A stretch of 63,442 nucleotides of DNA, filler included, from Chiloscyllium plagiosum (lineage: Eukaryota), in assembly GCF_004010195.1 (NCBI RefSeq). It is 3 parts of one record of this genome, joined end to end, with 100 filler letters (N's around TTAATTAATTAA, not from the genome) between each part and the next. Parts side by side here need not be neighbours in the genome. Positions count along the whole stretch, not along the records: positions 23,650 to 53,779 come from NC_057716.1; 2 more parts are not named here. One strand, 5' to 3'. Positions 24,014 to 36,224 of this stretch are shown here, piece after piece. The notes under the pieces are model-generated. The model did not search any database and was not told where the DNA came from. It saw only the letters and a program-made list of their open reading frames with translations. How positions within the stretch are numbered: position 1 is the stretch's first letter; each line of letters opens with the position of its first letter. The translations under genes and the position numbers were made by a program.

Positions 24014-24135
24014 TACCTGATGAAGGGGCAGCGCTCTGAAAGCTCGTGCTTCTAATTAAACCTGTTGGACTATAACCTGGTGCTGTGTGATTTTTAACGT
24101 TGTACACCCCAGTCCAACACCCGCATCTCCGAATC
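24014..24135 (+). mobile_element. Family B short element with a hammerhead motif (24014-24048)
   Basis: TAC-CTGATGA-A-GGGGC-AGC-GCTCT-GAAAGCTC-GTG plus the family tail. Confidence 0.7.
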
Positions 24136-24947
24136 ATGATCAGGTGATATGTGAACTGTTCAAGTTCTTTTACAATCTGCATCCCTGTTTCACTAATTCC
24201 CTTATTATAACGCAATGTAGTTGGAATGTAGGAAAAGACCTAGATTCAACTGATCGGTAATTGGATTGTAGATCGACCATGACTCTGCAGTTAACATTGT
24301 GTTATTGTGGTGAAAATTAAAAGAGGTATGAGGAACAGCTCTCCACATTGTGGTGTGGGCTCTGATAAAGTCCCCTCTTCCCTGTATACACTCTTTCACA
24401 TAGTGTTTGCTTGTTGCCTGTTTTATTTGTGAATGAATTTGTGTGTTTGTTTGGGGGTTTAAAGGGGTATCATTAAAGTTGCAGAGCAGTAAATATAGAA
24501 ACATCGAAAATAGAAGCAGGAGTAGGCCATTCGGCCCTTCGAGCCTGCACCATTCAATAGAATCACGGCAGATGATGCAAGCTCAGTATCCCGTTCCCAC
24601 CCTCTCCCCATACCCCTTGATCCCTTTTGCCCCAAGGGCCATATCTAGCTCTTTCTTGAATGAACTGGCCCCGACAGCATCAATAATGCAAATTTTCTAT
24701 TTGTTGACGACTGTGTTTGTTTACAATGGAGTTATTTTCCTGTTGATGATGAAACCTGAGGAAGAGTGGGACTCAGTTATTAGGGCACCCTTCCCAATTG
24801 AGTTGTGATGGTCTACTGAGGTCTCCGAGTGTGCTGAGGTTACTCTATGTTGAGGTCATTCTGTGTATTGGGGTCGCTGTACAAGTTGGTGGCACGGTGA
24901 GTTTAGGGTTGCTGCACATCATGGTGTTATGCTGTATATTGGGGTCG

Positions 24948-25103
24948 GAGCTGAAAATGTGTTGCTGGAAAAGCGCAGCAGGTCAGGCAGCATCAAAGGA
25001 GCAGGAGATTCTCCTGTTCTTTGGATGCTGCCTGACCTGCTGCGCTTTTCCAGCAACACATTTTCAGCTCTAATCTCCAGCATCTGCAGCCCTCACTTTC
25101 TCC
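24948..25103. mobile_element. Family A fold-back element (two inverted arms, hammerhead centre absent) with a 16-bp flanking duplication
   Basis: Near-perfect inverted arms of about 60 bp; ctgtatattggggtcg at 24932-24947 and 25104-25119. Confidence 0.75.
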
Positions 25104-25195
25104 CTGTATATTGGGGTCGCTGTGTATATTGGGGTCAATGTCTATTGGGGCCAATGTATATTGGGGGTCACCGTGTATATTGGGGTGCTGTGAAT

Positions 25196-25496
25196 GATTA
25201 GATTAGATTCCCTACAGTGTGAAAACAGGCCCATTGACCCAACAAGTCCACACCGACCCTCCGAAGAGTAACCCACCCAGACCCATTCCCCTACTCATGC
25301 ACCTAACACTATGGGCAATTTAACTTGGGCCAATCCACCTGACCTGCACAGCTTTGGATTGTGGGAGGAAACCAGAGCGCCCAGAGGAAACCCACACAGA
25401 CACAGGGAGAATGTGCAAACTCCACGAGGCTGGAATTGAACCCAGGTCCCTGGCGCTGTAAGGCAGCAGTGCCAACCACTGTGCCACCGTGCCATG
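25196..25496 (-). mobile_element. HE1-like V-SINE (tRNA-derived)
   Basis: Minus strand has a ggcacggtggcacagtggtt.gcactgctgcct head (A box), ggttcaattcc B box, V-domain and (taatc)n tail. Confidence 0.85.
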
Positions 25497-25789
25497 CTAA
25501 AAGTCATAGTTCTCGTTACACTTTTAATTCAAGATTTTTATCCTTGCCATGGCAAGATTTGAAACAAAATCGCCAGAAAATGACTAGGGCCTCTGGGTTA
25601 ACAGTCTAACGGTAATGCCACCATTGAATTTCACCATCTGCTGTGGCAGGATTTGAACCCAGATCCTAGGAACGTGACTTGGCTCTCTGGATTAACAGTC
25701 CAGCAGTAATACCACGAGGCCATTGCCTTCCCTGAGGGTATATTGGGGTGCTGTGTATATTGGGGTCAATGTATTGGGATCGTTGTGTC

Positions 25790-26085
25790 TATTGGGGGTG
25801 CTGTGTATATCAGGGTTACTGTATAATAAGGTCCATGTGTATACAAGGCTGCCTGTGTATATCAGGGTCACTGTATAATAAGGTCCATGTGTATATAAGG
25901 CTGCCTGTGTATATCAGGGTTACTGTATAATAAGGTCCATGTGTATATAAGGCTGCCTGTGTATATTGGGGTTACTGTATAATAAGGTCCATGTGTATAT
26001 AAGGCTGCCTGTGTATATCAGGGTTACTGTATAATAAGGTCCATGTGTATACAAGGCTGCCTGTGTATATTGGGGTCACTGTATA
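25790..26085. repeat. 52-bp minisatellite, about 5 copies
   Basis: ctgtataataaggtccatgtg recurs at 25819, 25871 and onward. Confidence 0.85.
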
Positions 26086-26504
26086 CATTGAGGTGATGGT
26101 GTATTTGGGATGACTGTGTGCTGGGGATGTGGGAACAGGGGCTTCCCTTTGAGGCTTTTCTATCCCAGTGAGATCATCACTGATCTATCTTAACCTGCCT
26201 TCATCCATTGGCCAGTCAGTAAACTCCCATTGAATTCAATTGAAATAATGAATTGAGTCAATATCTGTGTTTTTGAGAGGGAGAGGTCCTCGTGTCAACC
26301 AGCCTTTGGGTGAAGAAGCTTTTTGTTCACTTTCCGAAATGAGTTGGCTCTGGTCATGGCCCCTTGGTCTGAGACACTGTGAGAACCATCTATTCTAACA
26401 ACTTCCCTTTTATTTTCTGGAGAATACAGGCCCAGATCATAAATCCAGCATTCAAACATGTTACGTGGTTGGATTCTGCTGAGTAAACCCCTTCCACATG
26501 CAGT

Positions 26505-26800
26505 GACGGTTTAGTGGTATTATCGTAGGTAGTATACCAGATATCTGGGTAATGTTCTGGGGGTCTGTTCAAATCCTGCCACAGCAGCGAGTGGAATTTG
26601 AATTCAATAAAAATTAAAAACTGTGAAGCTATTGTTGGAAAAATCCATCTGGGTCACTAATGTCCTTTAGGAAGGAAATCTGCCATCCTTACCTGGTCTG
26701 GCCTACACGTGACTCCAGACCTACAGCAATGTAGTTGAATCTTAACCACCCTCTGGGCAATAAATGCTGGCCTAGTCAGCAACACCCACCTCCTATCAAT
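26505..26800 (+). mobile_element. Older SINE family (SacSINE1-like, name tentative); other copies at about 30700-31000, 44400-44585, 52320-52620 and 54585-55000 (minus)
   Basis: Shared core ccatccttacctggtctggcctaca.gtgactccagacc.acagcaatgt and the tail ggcaataaatgctggcc. Confidence 0.65.
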
Positions 26801-27439
26801 TAATTTAGAAAGTCCTTTTTATGGGAAGTGCCCAGATGCTAGCCATTATCAAGCCCCCTGAGCTATTTTCATGTTTTTTCTTCACTCCAACCATAACATT
26901 GTGTTGTTTGTTATTACTCGATCCCTTCAATCTCTTTGGATCTCCAGTGCAGTTAGCTTTTTATACTGGAATCCAGTTTGGGATCAAAGTAGATGACCTC
27001 ATTCCTCTCAGTGTTGAAGCCCATCTGCCACAGCTTTGAGCATGCATGATAATTTATCGCTGGTTAATTGGTGCTGTCTGTACCAATTACTATCCCTCTC
27101 ATCTCCATAACAGCAGCAACCTTCATAACATGGCTCATGGTCGTGCTTCTGGGGTTACTAAGCAAAGTACTGGGTCGTTGAGAGACCAGCACCAACTCTG
27201 TAAGACACCCTCAGACCCCTCCTCCAATGAAAGTGCACGTACATGTGATGTATACAACCCCCCGATCCTGAAACACATCCACAATCCATCAACAATCCCA
27301 GGAGCTTTGAATATAGTTCACAGTCTCTGTTGTGTCTCGCAGTCCACTAACACTACGATAATACACAATTCCTGGGGCGACTACTTTAGCAGCATCCTCA
27401 TTAAACCTTGGGGCTGTTTACATAACTGGGACTTTGTGG

Positions 27440-28920
27440 ATCACAGAGACATGCAGCACGGAAACAGACCCTTCGATCCAACCAGTCCGTGCCGAACATA
27501 ATCCCAAACTAAACTCGTCCTACCTGCCTGCTCCTGGCCCATATCCCTCCAAACCTTTCCTACTCATGTAATTATCTAATTGTCTTTTAAATGCTGTAAC
27601 TGTACCTGTGTCCACCACTTCCTCAGGAAGTTCACTTCACACTTAAGTGACTATCTGTTTAAAAAAATTGCTCCCATGTCTTTCTTAAATCTTTCTCCTC
27701 TTACCATATTTATGTGCCCCTTAAGTCTTGAAATCCCCCAGCCTAGGGAAAAGACACCAACCGTTAACCTTATCTATGCCCCTCATGGTTTTATAAACCT
27801 CTATAAGGACACCTCTCAACGTCCTACGCTCCAGTGAGAGAAGTCCCAGCCTATCCAGCCTTTTTTTATAATGTTGATATTTTGGGGATTCTGCCTTTTT
27901 CAGTGTCCCTTTTGGGAGTTTACCACAAAAATGTGGAGAACAGGAGCAGGATGAGGCCATTCAGCCCCTTGAGCCAGCTCTGCCATTCAATATGGCTGTC
28001 ATGGCTGGTCATCCAACTCAGTCCCCATTCCTACTTCCTTCCCCATGCCCTTTGACCCCTTTAGCCCTTAAGAACTATATCAAACTCATTCTTGAAAGCA
28101 TTCAATGTTTTGGAATTCCCTCACTTAGGGAATCCTACAGCACATGGACTGCAGCGGTTCAAGGAGGCAGCTCACCCCCACCTTCTCAAGGGGCAACTAG
28201 GGACGGGGAATAAATGCTGGGCCCAGCCAGTGAATGAATGAATTTACAAAATCCCCAACTCAACTTTCCTGCCTTTTCCCTATTACCCTCCTTTCCCTTA
28301 GAATCCCTCCAAGCTGAGCATCTGTCTGTCTCAGGCTTGAATATTCTGAATGACCCAGCCTTGACAGCGCTGTGTGGTAAAAAAATTCCACAGATTCATT
28401 CCCCCTTGGAGAGAAGGAATCCCTCCCCATCGCTGTCTTCAATGGGGTGACTCCTTACTCTGAGATGATGCCCCTCTGGCCGTAGACTCCCACAAGGGGA
28501 AACAGCCTGTCCACATCCCCCATCTCAAGGCCCCTGTGAGTCATATATATATATAAATAACATCACCTTTCATTCTTCTAAATTCAAATGAATACAGCTC
28601 CAATCTACTCAACTTCTCCTCAGAAGACAGTCCGTCCATCCCCGGGCTCAGCCAAGTGAACCCTCTCTAGACTGCCCCCAGTGCCAGTTCCTTAGACAAG
28701 GCCCCCCCCACCCCCCCAAAACTGTCCACAGCATTCCAGCCTTATACAGTTTTAGCAAAACTTCCTGACTTTTATATTTCATTCTGTTTGAAATAAAGGC
28801 TACCATTCCACTTGCCTTCCCTGTTACTCCCTGAACTTGGATGCTAGCTTTTTCTGAATTATGTATGAGGATTCCCCAATCCCTGTGTTTCGTAACTTTT
28901 CACAGTCTTTCCCCATTCAC
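27440..28920 (-). mobile_element. Stack of CR1 LINE 3' fragments
   Basis: RLDRLGLLSLERRTLRGVLIEVYKTMRGIDKV and further CR1 tails. Confidence 0.75.
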
Positions 28921-29310
28921 TTAATATCGAGGTCTTCTGTTAATTCATTAACCTTGATCCGAATACCATGTGCACTTAAGTAAAGTCAGAAATTACATGA
29001 GACTCCAGGTTATAGTCCAACAGGTTTATTTGAAATCACAAGCTTTTAGAGCGCTGCCCCTTCAAGGGGTGAAGTGCACGGCTGTGTGCTACCTCTGTGC
29101 CAAACCTGATCAATGCTGTACTGAGCTCACTCTGCTCAGGGTCACACCTGGCTCACTCAGAGGTCCGTCCCTGCAGCTCCACACCAAGCATCAAAATTAC
29201 AACCTGAGCTGTCCCATTATCTCACTGTTTCATTTCTCACCGTCGAATATTTCTCCCTGTGCTGTCTCACCCGTGGTATGTAACTTCTTTTGTTTTTTTT
29301 ATATTTGCAG

Positions 29311-29352
29311 CCATCCAGCGCGATTATCCCAGTGAACCATGTAGAGAGCACC
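29311..29352 (+). CDS. TNS1: Probable tensin-1 42-bp exon following the post-C1 exon: PSSAIIPVNHVEST
   Basis: Strong acceptor ttcttttgtttttttttatatttgcag| and donor |gtgagt. It is 42 bp, phase 0/0, and in frame with VTTLCVPPVNYEL. It is positionally equivalent to the recalled mammalian PITTENAPKNVVDK, but sequence similarity is weak. The call depends on the contig inversion. Confidence 0.6.
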
Positions 29353-29644
29353 GTGAGTACAAATCGATGGAAACCTTCTTTCTCTCTTTCCTTTCTAAAC
29401 AGAAATGGGACCTGCATGTGTACGGGGATGGGGAGGAGTTTACCTGAGACACTGAATCTGTCCTCTGCCTCTGTGTCACCAACAGTAACCCGTTAAACAC
29501 GGGTGTCTTTATCAAAAGCAACAAAGCTGAGCAGGGTTTCCTGAAATTCTCAAGTCGTTAAGACACTGCATGACAATGTGGTGCCATTAGATAGAGCCAC
29601 CCACCTCAAGGTGAAGCCAACTTTAGTCAGGCCACATTTGGAGT

Positions 29645-29907
29645 AGATTAGATTAGATTACTTACAGTGTGGAAACAGGCCCTTCGGCCCAACAAGTCCA
29701 CACCGACCCTCCGAAGAGCAACCCACCCAGACCCATTCCCCTAAACTTATCCCTTCACCTAACACTACGGGCAATTTAGCATGGCCAATTCACCCTGACC
29801 TGGACTGTGAGAGGAAACCGGAGCACCCGGAGGAAACCCACACGGAGAATGTGCAAACACATTCCCACAGAGAATGTGGGAATTGAACCCGGGTCTCTGG
29901 CGCTGTG
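29645..29907 (-). mobile_element. HE1-like V-SINE inserted in a CR1 fragment (CR1 continues to about 30605)
   Basis: (gatta)n tail and V-domain, with CR1 sequence on both sides. Confidence 0.8.
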
Positions 29908-31085
29908 AGGCATTTCTGTGGGCATTTCTGTTCCCCACATTACAAGAAGGATGTAGAGGCTTTGGAGAGGTGCAAAAGTGGTTTACCAGAACATTGCCTG
30001 GTCTGGAGGGTTTTAGTTATGAGGAATGGAAAACAACAAGTGCTGGAGATCACAGCGGGTCAGACAGCATCCACGGAGAGAGAGAGAACTAACACTTCAT
30101 GTTTAGATGACTGATGAAGAGTGATTGAGACTCAAAATGTAAGCTTGCTGTCTCTCTGTGGGTGCTGCCAGACCCGCTGTGATCTCCAATATTTAGTTTT
30201 TGGACAAACTTGGATTGTTTTTGCGAGACTGAGGGATGACCTGATAGAAGTTTATAAAAATATGAGAGGCCTGGACCAGGTGGATACACAGAGTCTTTAT
30301 CCCAGGGTGGGAATGCCTAGGGGGTATAGGTTTAAGGGGAGAGGGGGATAGGTTAAAGGAGATGTGTGAGGCAAGCTTTTTACCCAGAGGGTGGGAGGAG
30401 CCTGGAACACGCTGCCAGGGGAGGGGGGAGAAGGAGATACAATAACAACGTTAAAGAGGCATTTAGACAGAGACACAGACACGCAGGGGATAGAGGGATA
30501 TAGACCACATGCCGGCAGATGGGAAGGGGTTAGAATGGCATCATGGTCAGCACAGACATGGTGGGCCGAAGGGCCTGTCCCTGGGCTGTACAGTTCCTTG
30601 TTCTACGTCACCAGGACCAGCCGAAGCATATTGGAGGACCCGGGGGGTATGACTGAGACAGTAGATACTGGGTGGAGGCTGCAAGGGGAAGAGACTGTTC
30701 TCATTAAACTATTAATCCAGAGACCCACGATATGTTCTGGGGACCTGGGCTTGAACGCTGTCCAGGTTTGGTAGGATTTGCTTTCACATAAAAGCAATCT
30801 GAAATTAAGAGCCTAATGATGACCATTAATCCATTGTTCATTGTTGGAAAAACCCCATCTGGGTCACCAATGTCCTTCAGGGAAGGAAACAGCCATCCTT
30901 ACCTGGCCTGGCCTCCATGTGACTCCAGACCCACAGCCATGTGGCTGACTGTTACTGTCCTCTGGGCACTGGTCTAGTCAGCAACATCCACAACCTGCAA
31001 ATGAACTAACGAAAGGGCTGAGTGCGAACATTACCCCCTTCTCCAGAATCACACGCCATAATGAACCCAGTCACAAAGTCATCGT

Positions 31086-31347
31086 GGGTGGCACGGTGGC
31101 ACAGTGGTTAGCACTGCTGCCTCACAGCGCCAGAGACCCGGGTTCAATTCCCGCCTCAGGCGACTGACTGTGTGGAGTTTGCACGTTCTCCCCGTGTCTG
31201 CGTGGGTTTCCTCNNNNNNNNNNNNNNNNNNNNNNNNNNNNNNNNNNNNNNNNNNNNNNNNNNNNNNNNNNNNNNNNNNNNNNNNNNNNGGTCGGTGTGG
31301 ACTTGTTGGGCCGAAGGGCCTGTTTCCACACTGTAAGTAATCTAATC
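31086..31347 (+). mobile_element. HE1-like V-SINE with TSD aaagtcat (partly N-masked)
   Basis: gggtggcacggtggcacagtggttagcactgctgcctcacagcgcc...ggttcaattccc head and taatctaatc tail; aaagtcat on both sides. Confidence 0.88.
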
Positions 31348-31484
31348 AAAGTCATGAACAAAGAGGTATCTCGAGGTGGGATAGGAGCAGCGCCCTGCAC
31401 TTTCCCAATGTGTGTGGGAGGCACCGGACAACACAATGGGCTTCCTTGGACAGGGCTCCAGAGATCCGGGAGAGCCAGTTCCCG

Positions 31485-32450
31485 AACACCCTCACTCCCT
31501 CACACCCGAACACCCTCACTACCTCACTACCTCACGCCCTCACACCCTCACTCCTTCACTCCCTCACTACCTCACACCCTCACTACCTCACACCATCACA
31601 CCCTCACTCCTTCACTCCCTCACTACCTCACACCCTCACTACCTCACACCATCACACCCTCACTCCTTCACTCCCTCACTACCTCACACCCTCACTACCT
31701 CACACCATCACACCCTCACTCCTTCACTCCCTCACTACCTCACACCCTCACTACCTCACACCATCACACCCTCACTCCTTCACTCCCTCACTACCTCACA
31801 CCCTCACTACCTCACACCATCACACCCTCACTCCTTCACTCCCTCACTACCTCACACCCTCACTACCTCACACCATCACACCCTCACTCCTTCACTCCCT
31901 CACTACCTCACACCCTCACTACCTCACACCATCACACCCTCACTCCTTCACTCCCTCACTACCTCACACCCTCACTACCTCACACCATCACACCCTCACT
32001 CCTTCACTCCCTCACTACCTCACACCTTCACANNNNNNNNNNNNNNNNNNNNNNNNNNNNNNNNNNNNNNNNNNNNNNNNNNNNNNNNNNNNNNNNNNNN
32101 NNNNNNNNNNNNNNNNNNNNNNNNNNNNNNNNNNNNNNNNNNNNNNNNNNNNNNNNNNNNNNNNNNNNNNNNNNNNNNNNNNNNNNNNNNNNNNNNNNNN
32201 NNNNNNNNNNNNNNNNNNNNNNNNNNNNNNNNNNNNNNNNNNNNNNNNNNNNNNNNNNNNNNNNNNNNNNNNNNNNNCTCACTCCCTCACTCCCTCACTC
32301 CCTCACTACCTTACTCCCTCACACCCTCACTCCCTCACTCCCTCACACCCTCACTCCCTCACACCCTCACTCCCTCACTCCTTTACTCCCTCACACCCTC
32401 ACTACCTCACTCCCTCACTCCTTCACTCCCTCACACCCTCACTCCCTCCC
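31485..32450. repeat. 8-bp satellite (tcactccc)n with a perfect 56-bp higher-order unit, interrupted by an N gap
   Basis: catcac recurs every 56 bp (31594, 31650...). Confidence 0.92.
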
Positions 32451-32639
32451 ACCCTCCCCTCCCCCACTCCCTCCTGTCGCTGGCATGTCCCCCGTCCCTC
32501 CTCTCCCTCAGCTGATGTCTACGTTGTTGTTGTCTATAGCTGTGGCCAGACCTTGGCGGGTTCTCTCTGGTTCAGCAGGCTCTGTTTTGTCCAACACTGG
32601 CCTGAGAATGGCTGCAGTGTCCAGTGAGCAGTGAAAGGG

Positions 32640-33053
32640 TTAAGGGTTGCTTTACTGATCCTCTCTGGGAGCCGGAGAGTGAGAGAGAGAGAGAGAGAGA
32701 GGGAGAGGTATGAGGCAGCTGTGAGTGGTATCAGCTGAGAGGCTGCTGACTGGAGCTGTCAGACAGCGAGAGAGAGGCAAAGGGTGTGTGTCGATGTTGT
32801 GGTCTCACAGTTAACCTCAAGGGAAGGAAGGAATGGGAAACAAGAGAGCAGAAACTGTTCAACGTCATGAAGTAAATGTGTCAACTTTGTTGAAGACAGC
32901 TCCAGGCTTGTTAACCGTGATCGATGATCAGTGACTAGTTCTGAAATCTAACAGCCCCTGGCTCGAGCAGCTACTGGATCCCTGGGGTCTGGAAGCACAA
33001 ATCACAGAGAGACTGCGATGTCCTGGCGATGGAGTTGGCGCAGTCTGCCTCAG
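32640..33053 (+). promoter_or_regulatory. Candidate internal promoter or alternative first exon of TNS1 ending at donor CAG|gtactg
   Basis: Transposon-free island with a (GA)n tract and CAGCTG E-boxes. ATG 33018 gives MSWRWSWRSLPQ in phase 0 at the donor. There is no transcript evidence. Confidence 0.3.
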
Positions 33054-34287
33054 GTACTGAGGGAGGGGTCGGAGTGAGAGGGAGAGAGAGAGAGAGAGAG
33101 AGACGGAGGGACAGTGGGGTGGTGGGGGAACGGGGAAAGGTGAAGAGGAGGAGAGTGTGGAGAGGAAGGAAAAGGGAGGAGTGTGACAGGGAATTGCAAA
33201 AGGAAAGCCAGAATGGAGAGAGAGAGAGCGAGATAGGATCAGGAGATAGCGGGAAAGCCAGAGAAACTGTAACTTCAAGGGATAGAGAGACGGAGAGAGA
33301 GGGTGTGTTAATAATGAGAGGGACAGGAAAATCTGGAGAGAGGTGACACTGAGCCAAACATCTTGGAAGTTGGAATATTTCCTCTGATTGCGTTCTGGGC
33401 AAATTGATTTGAAAAGTTTGCTTGTTTAGTTTGGGAAGCTTGCAGAAGTTTTCTGATCCCTAATTGTAAGAATATGGGACTGTCGAAGGATTTATCCAAT
33501 GCCGTGGTTTCATGTGGGGCTGATGTTTGAATTTGCACTTGGGGTTGTGCCCTTACAGTATCCTGTTTGCAACCTGTGACAGTTTCCAGAGAAACCATTC
33601 AGCTGGACCCTGCGGCAGACAGAGCCCAGGGACCTGGGGACGGGGGGCGGGGGGGGGGAAGTGTTAGATGTTGGTTTGTGGGAGGGAGGGGGTTTGGGCT
33701 GGACTGGGAGGCGATGGTGTTGAGACCTGTGTTCTTTTGGGAAAAATTCATCTTTGCCCTCATTATCTGTCCCTTTTGGGTGAAAGAACTGAGATCACAA
33801 ACAAGACTCCAGGTACTTGGAAAATCTTCAAGTTCCCCTCCGAGCCCCTCACCATCCTGACTTGGAAATATATCGCCGTTCCTTCAGTGTCGCTGGGTCA
33901 GAATCCTCGAATTCCCTCCCTAAGGGCATTGTGGGTCTACCCACAGCACATGGACTGCAGCGGGTCAAGAAGGCAGCTCACCCCCACCTTCTCAAGGGGC
34001 AACTAGGGACGGGGTAATAAATGCTGGGCCCAGCCAATGACACATGGATTCTAAGAATGAATAAAATATAAGCTGTCAGTTAGTTCCATTGGTTGGATGG
34101 CTGATGCAGAGAGACACCAACAGTATGGGTTCAATAGCAGCCCCAGCTGAGGATACTGTGAAGGATGCTCCTTCTTACCTCTCCCCTCGTCCTGAGGCAT
34201 CACGGCCTTCAGGTTAAACTGCTACCAGCTCTCTCTCTCTTTCTCTCTCTCTAACGGGAGAGTAGGACTATGGTGACTTTAGTTTTG

Positions 34288-34388
34288 GATCAGTGGTGCT
34301 GGAAGAGCACAGCAGGTCAGGCAGCATCCGAGGAACAGCACCACTAATCCGGAATCTGGTTTCCGGCATCTGCAGTCATTGTTTTTAG
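34288..34388. mobile_element. Family A-related fold-back remnant with a 20-bp TSD
   Basis: ctatggtgactttagttttg at 34268-34287 and 34389-34408. Confidence 0.75.
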
Positions 34389-34990
34389 CTATGGTGACTT
34401 TAGTTTTGTTTGTAGAAGCGTTCCCCTTCTCTCCAGATGCCAAGCAGAGCAAGCCCATGTCGATGTGACTGAGAAGCCCCGATGTGCACATGTCACCCAA
34501 TCGTCCCCGAAACTGAGTGCCTTCAGAGAGTCATCGCTGTGGGTCTGGAGTCACATGTAGGCCAGACCAGGGAAGGGTGCCAGTTTCCTTCCCTAAAGGG
34601 CATTACTGACCCAGATGGGCTTCTCACTGGCACTCACAGACACTCAGCATCTCTGAGGTGAACAGTATGTTGCAGATTGATGAAGTGAATCACAATTGCA
34701 ATCACGGCTGAGGTGAGATTTGAACCTGTACTCCCTGAAAGATTACTGGCCCAGTAACATCATCACTGCCTCCCCATGAGATTTGCATTTATAAAGCTCA
34801 GAGCCCCAAAGCATTGTGGACCTGATGAGGTGGTGTTTAAAGTAGACGGTAAAGTATAGGAGCAGGAGTAGGCCGTCTGACCCCTGGAGCCTGCTCCACC
34901 AGCCAATAGGATCATGGCTGACCTTTTCATGGACTCAGATCCACTTACCCGCCCTCTCACCAGAACCTTTAATTCGGAGACATTGAGCAT

Positions 34991-35592
34991 GGCAGATGCT
35001 GGAGATCAGAGTCGAGAGTGTGTTGCTGGAAAAGCACAACAGATGAGGCAGTATCCGAGGAGCAGGAGAATCGACATTTCGGGAATAAGCTCTTCATCAT
35101 GAATGAGACTCTCATCAGGTCCATGCCCCCCAACGACCCACCCTCCAATCCTGGCACCTTCCCCTGCTACCTTCAACTGTAAAACCTGTGCCCACACCTC
35201 CTCCCTCACCTCTATCCAAGGCCCTAAAGGAGCCTTCCACATCCATCAAAGTTTTACCTGCACATCCACTAATATCATCTATTGTATCCGTTGCTCCCGA
35301 TGCGGTCTCCTCTACATTGGGGAGACTGGACGCCTCCTAGCAGAGCGCTTTAGGGAACATCTCAGAGACACCCGCATCAATCAACCAAATCGCCCAGTGG
35401 CTCAACACTTCAACCCCCCCTCCCACTCTGCCGAGGATATGGAGGTGCTGGACCTCCTCCACCGCCGCTCCCTCACCACCAGACGCCTGGAGGAAGAACG
35501 CCTCATCTCTGCCTCATAACCTCTGGAAGGGCTTTTGCCCGAAACATCGATTCTCCTGCTCCTCGGATGCTGCCTGACCTGCTGTGCTTTTC
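34991..35592 (+). mobile_element. Penelope-like element 3' part: GIY-YIG endonuclease fragment flanked by inverted terminal segments with decayed hammerheads
   Basis: CKTC...FTCTSTNIIYCIRCSRCGLLYIGETGRLLAERFREHL; hammerhead remnants at about 35072-35100 (minus) and 35522-35549 (plus). Confidence 0.88.
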
Positions 35593-35724
35593 CATAATCC
35601 TTAATTCCTTCTTTGTTCAAAATTCTATCTGTTTTTGCCTTAATTACATTTAATGAGGAAGCCTCAACCACTTCACTGGGCAGGGAATTCCACCGATCCA
35701 CAACCCTCTGGGTGACGATCTCAA

Positions 35725-36224
35725 NNNNNNNNNNNNNNNNNNNNNNNNNNNNNNNNNNNNNNNNNNNNNNNNNNNNNNNNNNNNNNNNNNNNNNNNNNNN
35801 NNNNNNNNNNNNNNNNNNNNNNNNNNNNNNNNNNNNNNNNNNNNNNNNNNNNNNNNNNNNNNNNNNNNNNNNNNNNNNNNNNNNNNNNNNNNNNNNNNNN
35901 NNNNNNNNNNNNNNNNNNNNNNNNNNNNNNNNNNNNNNNNNNNNNNNNNNNNNNNNNNNNNNNNNNNNNNNNNNNNNNNNNNNNNNNNNNNNNNNNNNNN
36001 NNNNNNNNNNNNNNNNNNNNNNNNNNNNNNNNNNNNNNNNNNNNNNNNNNNNNNNNNNNNNNNNNNNNNNNNNNNNNNNNNNNNNNNNNNNNNNNNNNNN
36101 NNNNNNNNNNNNNNNNNNNNNNNNNNNNNNNNNNNNNNNNNNNNNNNNNNNNNNNNNNNNNNNNNNNNNNNNNNNNNNNNNNNNNNNNNNNNNNNNNNNN
36201 NNNNNNNNNNNNNNNNNNNNNNNN
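35725..36224. other. 500-N scaffolding gap (arbitrary size)
   Basis: Exactly 500 N. Confidence 0.95.

Noticed and set aside
31086..31160. tRNA-like sequence with A and B boxes
   Set aside because: It is the head of an HE1-type SINE, not a tRNA gene.
32510..33060. Minus-strand acceptor-like sites followed by YLRQTAPTPSPG... and ...AIDNNNVDIS*
   Set aside because: The polypyrimidine tracts are just the complement of (GA)n. The peptides terminate and do not resemble tensin.
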